From positions 2,418,001 to 2,482,000 of the forward strand of contig CAKKNE010000004.1 of the NCBI GenBank assembly GCA_918797485.1: DNA of 64,000 nt. Direction: 5' to 3'. This document shows, piece after piece, positions 63,784 through 64,000 of the stretch. Under the pieces are notes generated by a model. It saw only the letters and a program-made list of their open reading frames with translations. It searched no databases and was not told the DNA's origin. The position numbers and the translations under genes are program-made. How positions within the stretch are numbered: the first letter of the stretch is position 1; each line of letters opens with the position of its first letter. The stretch is from Pelagomonas calceolata. Its lineage: Eukaryota.

Positions 63784-64000
63784 TTAGGTCATCACAACTC
63801 GCACGCTATCTCCAAATACGGGCGCGAACGACAGGCACGGCACGCCGCCGCCGAAAACCACGACGCCGTCGCCGGAAAACGCCGCGGCCGCGTGGACGGG
63901 GTAGGCCCGCATCACGTCGAGCGGCGCCTCGGCGACGCACTTTACGTCCTCTCCGATGCGGAGCACCGCGACGCCGCCGACCTCGCCCTCGTCCGCCGGG
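63784..64000 (-). CDS. 3' end of an unidentified gene (partial)
   Basis: Open frame from the window end to the stop at 63784. Confidence 0.5.
   Translation of the reverse strand, partial: PADEGEVGGVAVLRIGEDVKCVAEAPLDVMRAYPVHAAAAFSGDGVVVFGGGVPCLSFAPVFGDSVRVVMT

Overview
Eukaryotic, very GC-rich, gene-dense nuclear DNA. It is probably from a pelagophyte stramenopile (Pelagomonas/Aureococcus-like), inferred from YSPTSPA RNA polymerase II heptads, a bipartite plastid presequence, TIR/TSD introner introns and many GC-AG introns. About 30 protein genes are readable, including RPB1, RPL27A, HMG-ISWI, plastid EttA-type ABC-F, FKBP, an OTU deubiquitinase, METTL16, LZTR1-like, F-box/LRR and several MYND/RING proteins. 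Highlights: (1) the RPB1 CTD appears to be built from about 12 microexons, mostly one heptad (20-22 nt) each, with a duplicated 279-bp three-exon unit. (2) A ~14-kb candidate DNA-modification module at 34.9-48.5 kb contains a divergent C5 cytosine methyltransferase with MBD/AP2-like domains, an AlkB-like dioxygenase, a 300-bp tandem array and a RING/MBD/TET-JBP-like dioxygenase; a Tudor/TET-like gene lies at 7.4-9.5 kb. (3) A bipartite GCTAGC-N-TAAGACACTAG motif sits upstream of many genes. (4) There is a family of introner elements with 8-bp TSDs, and a separate 8-bp-TSD MITE. All splice models and domain calls were made by eye; no database search was run.
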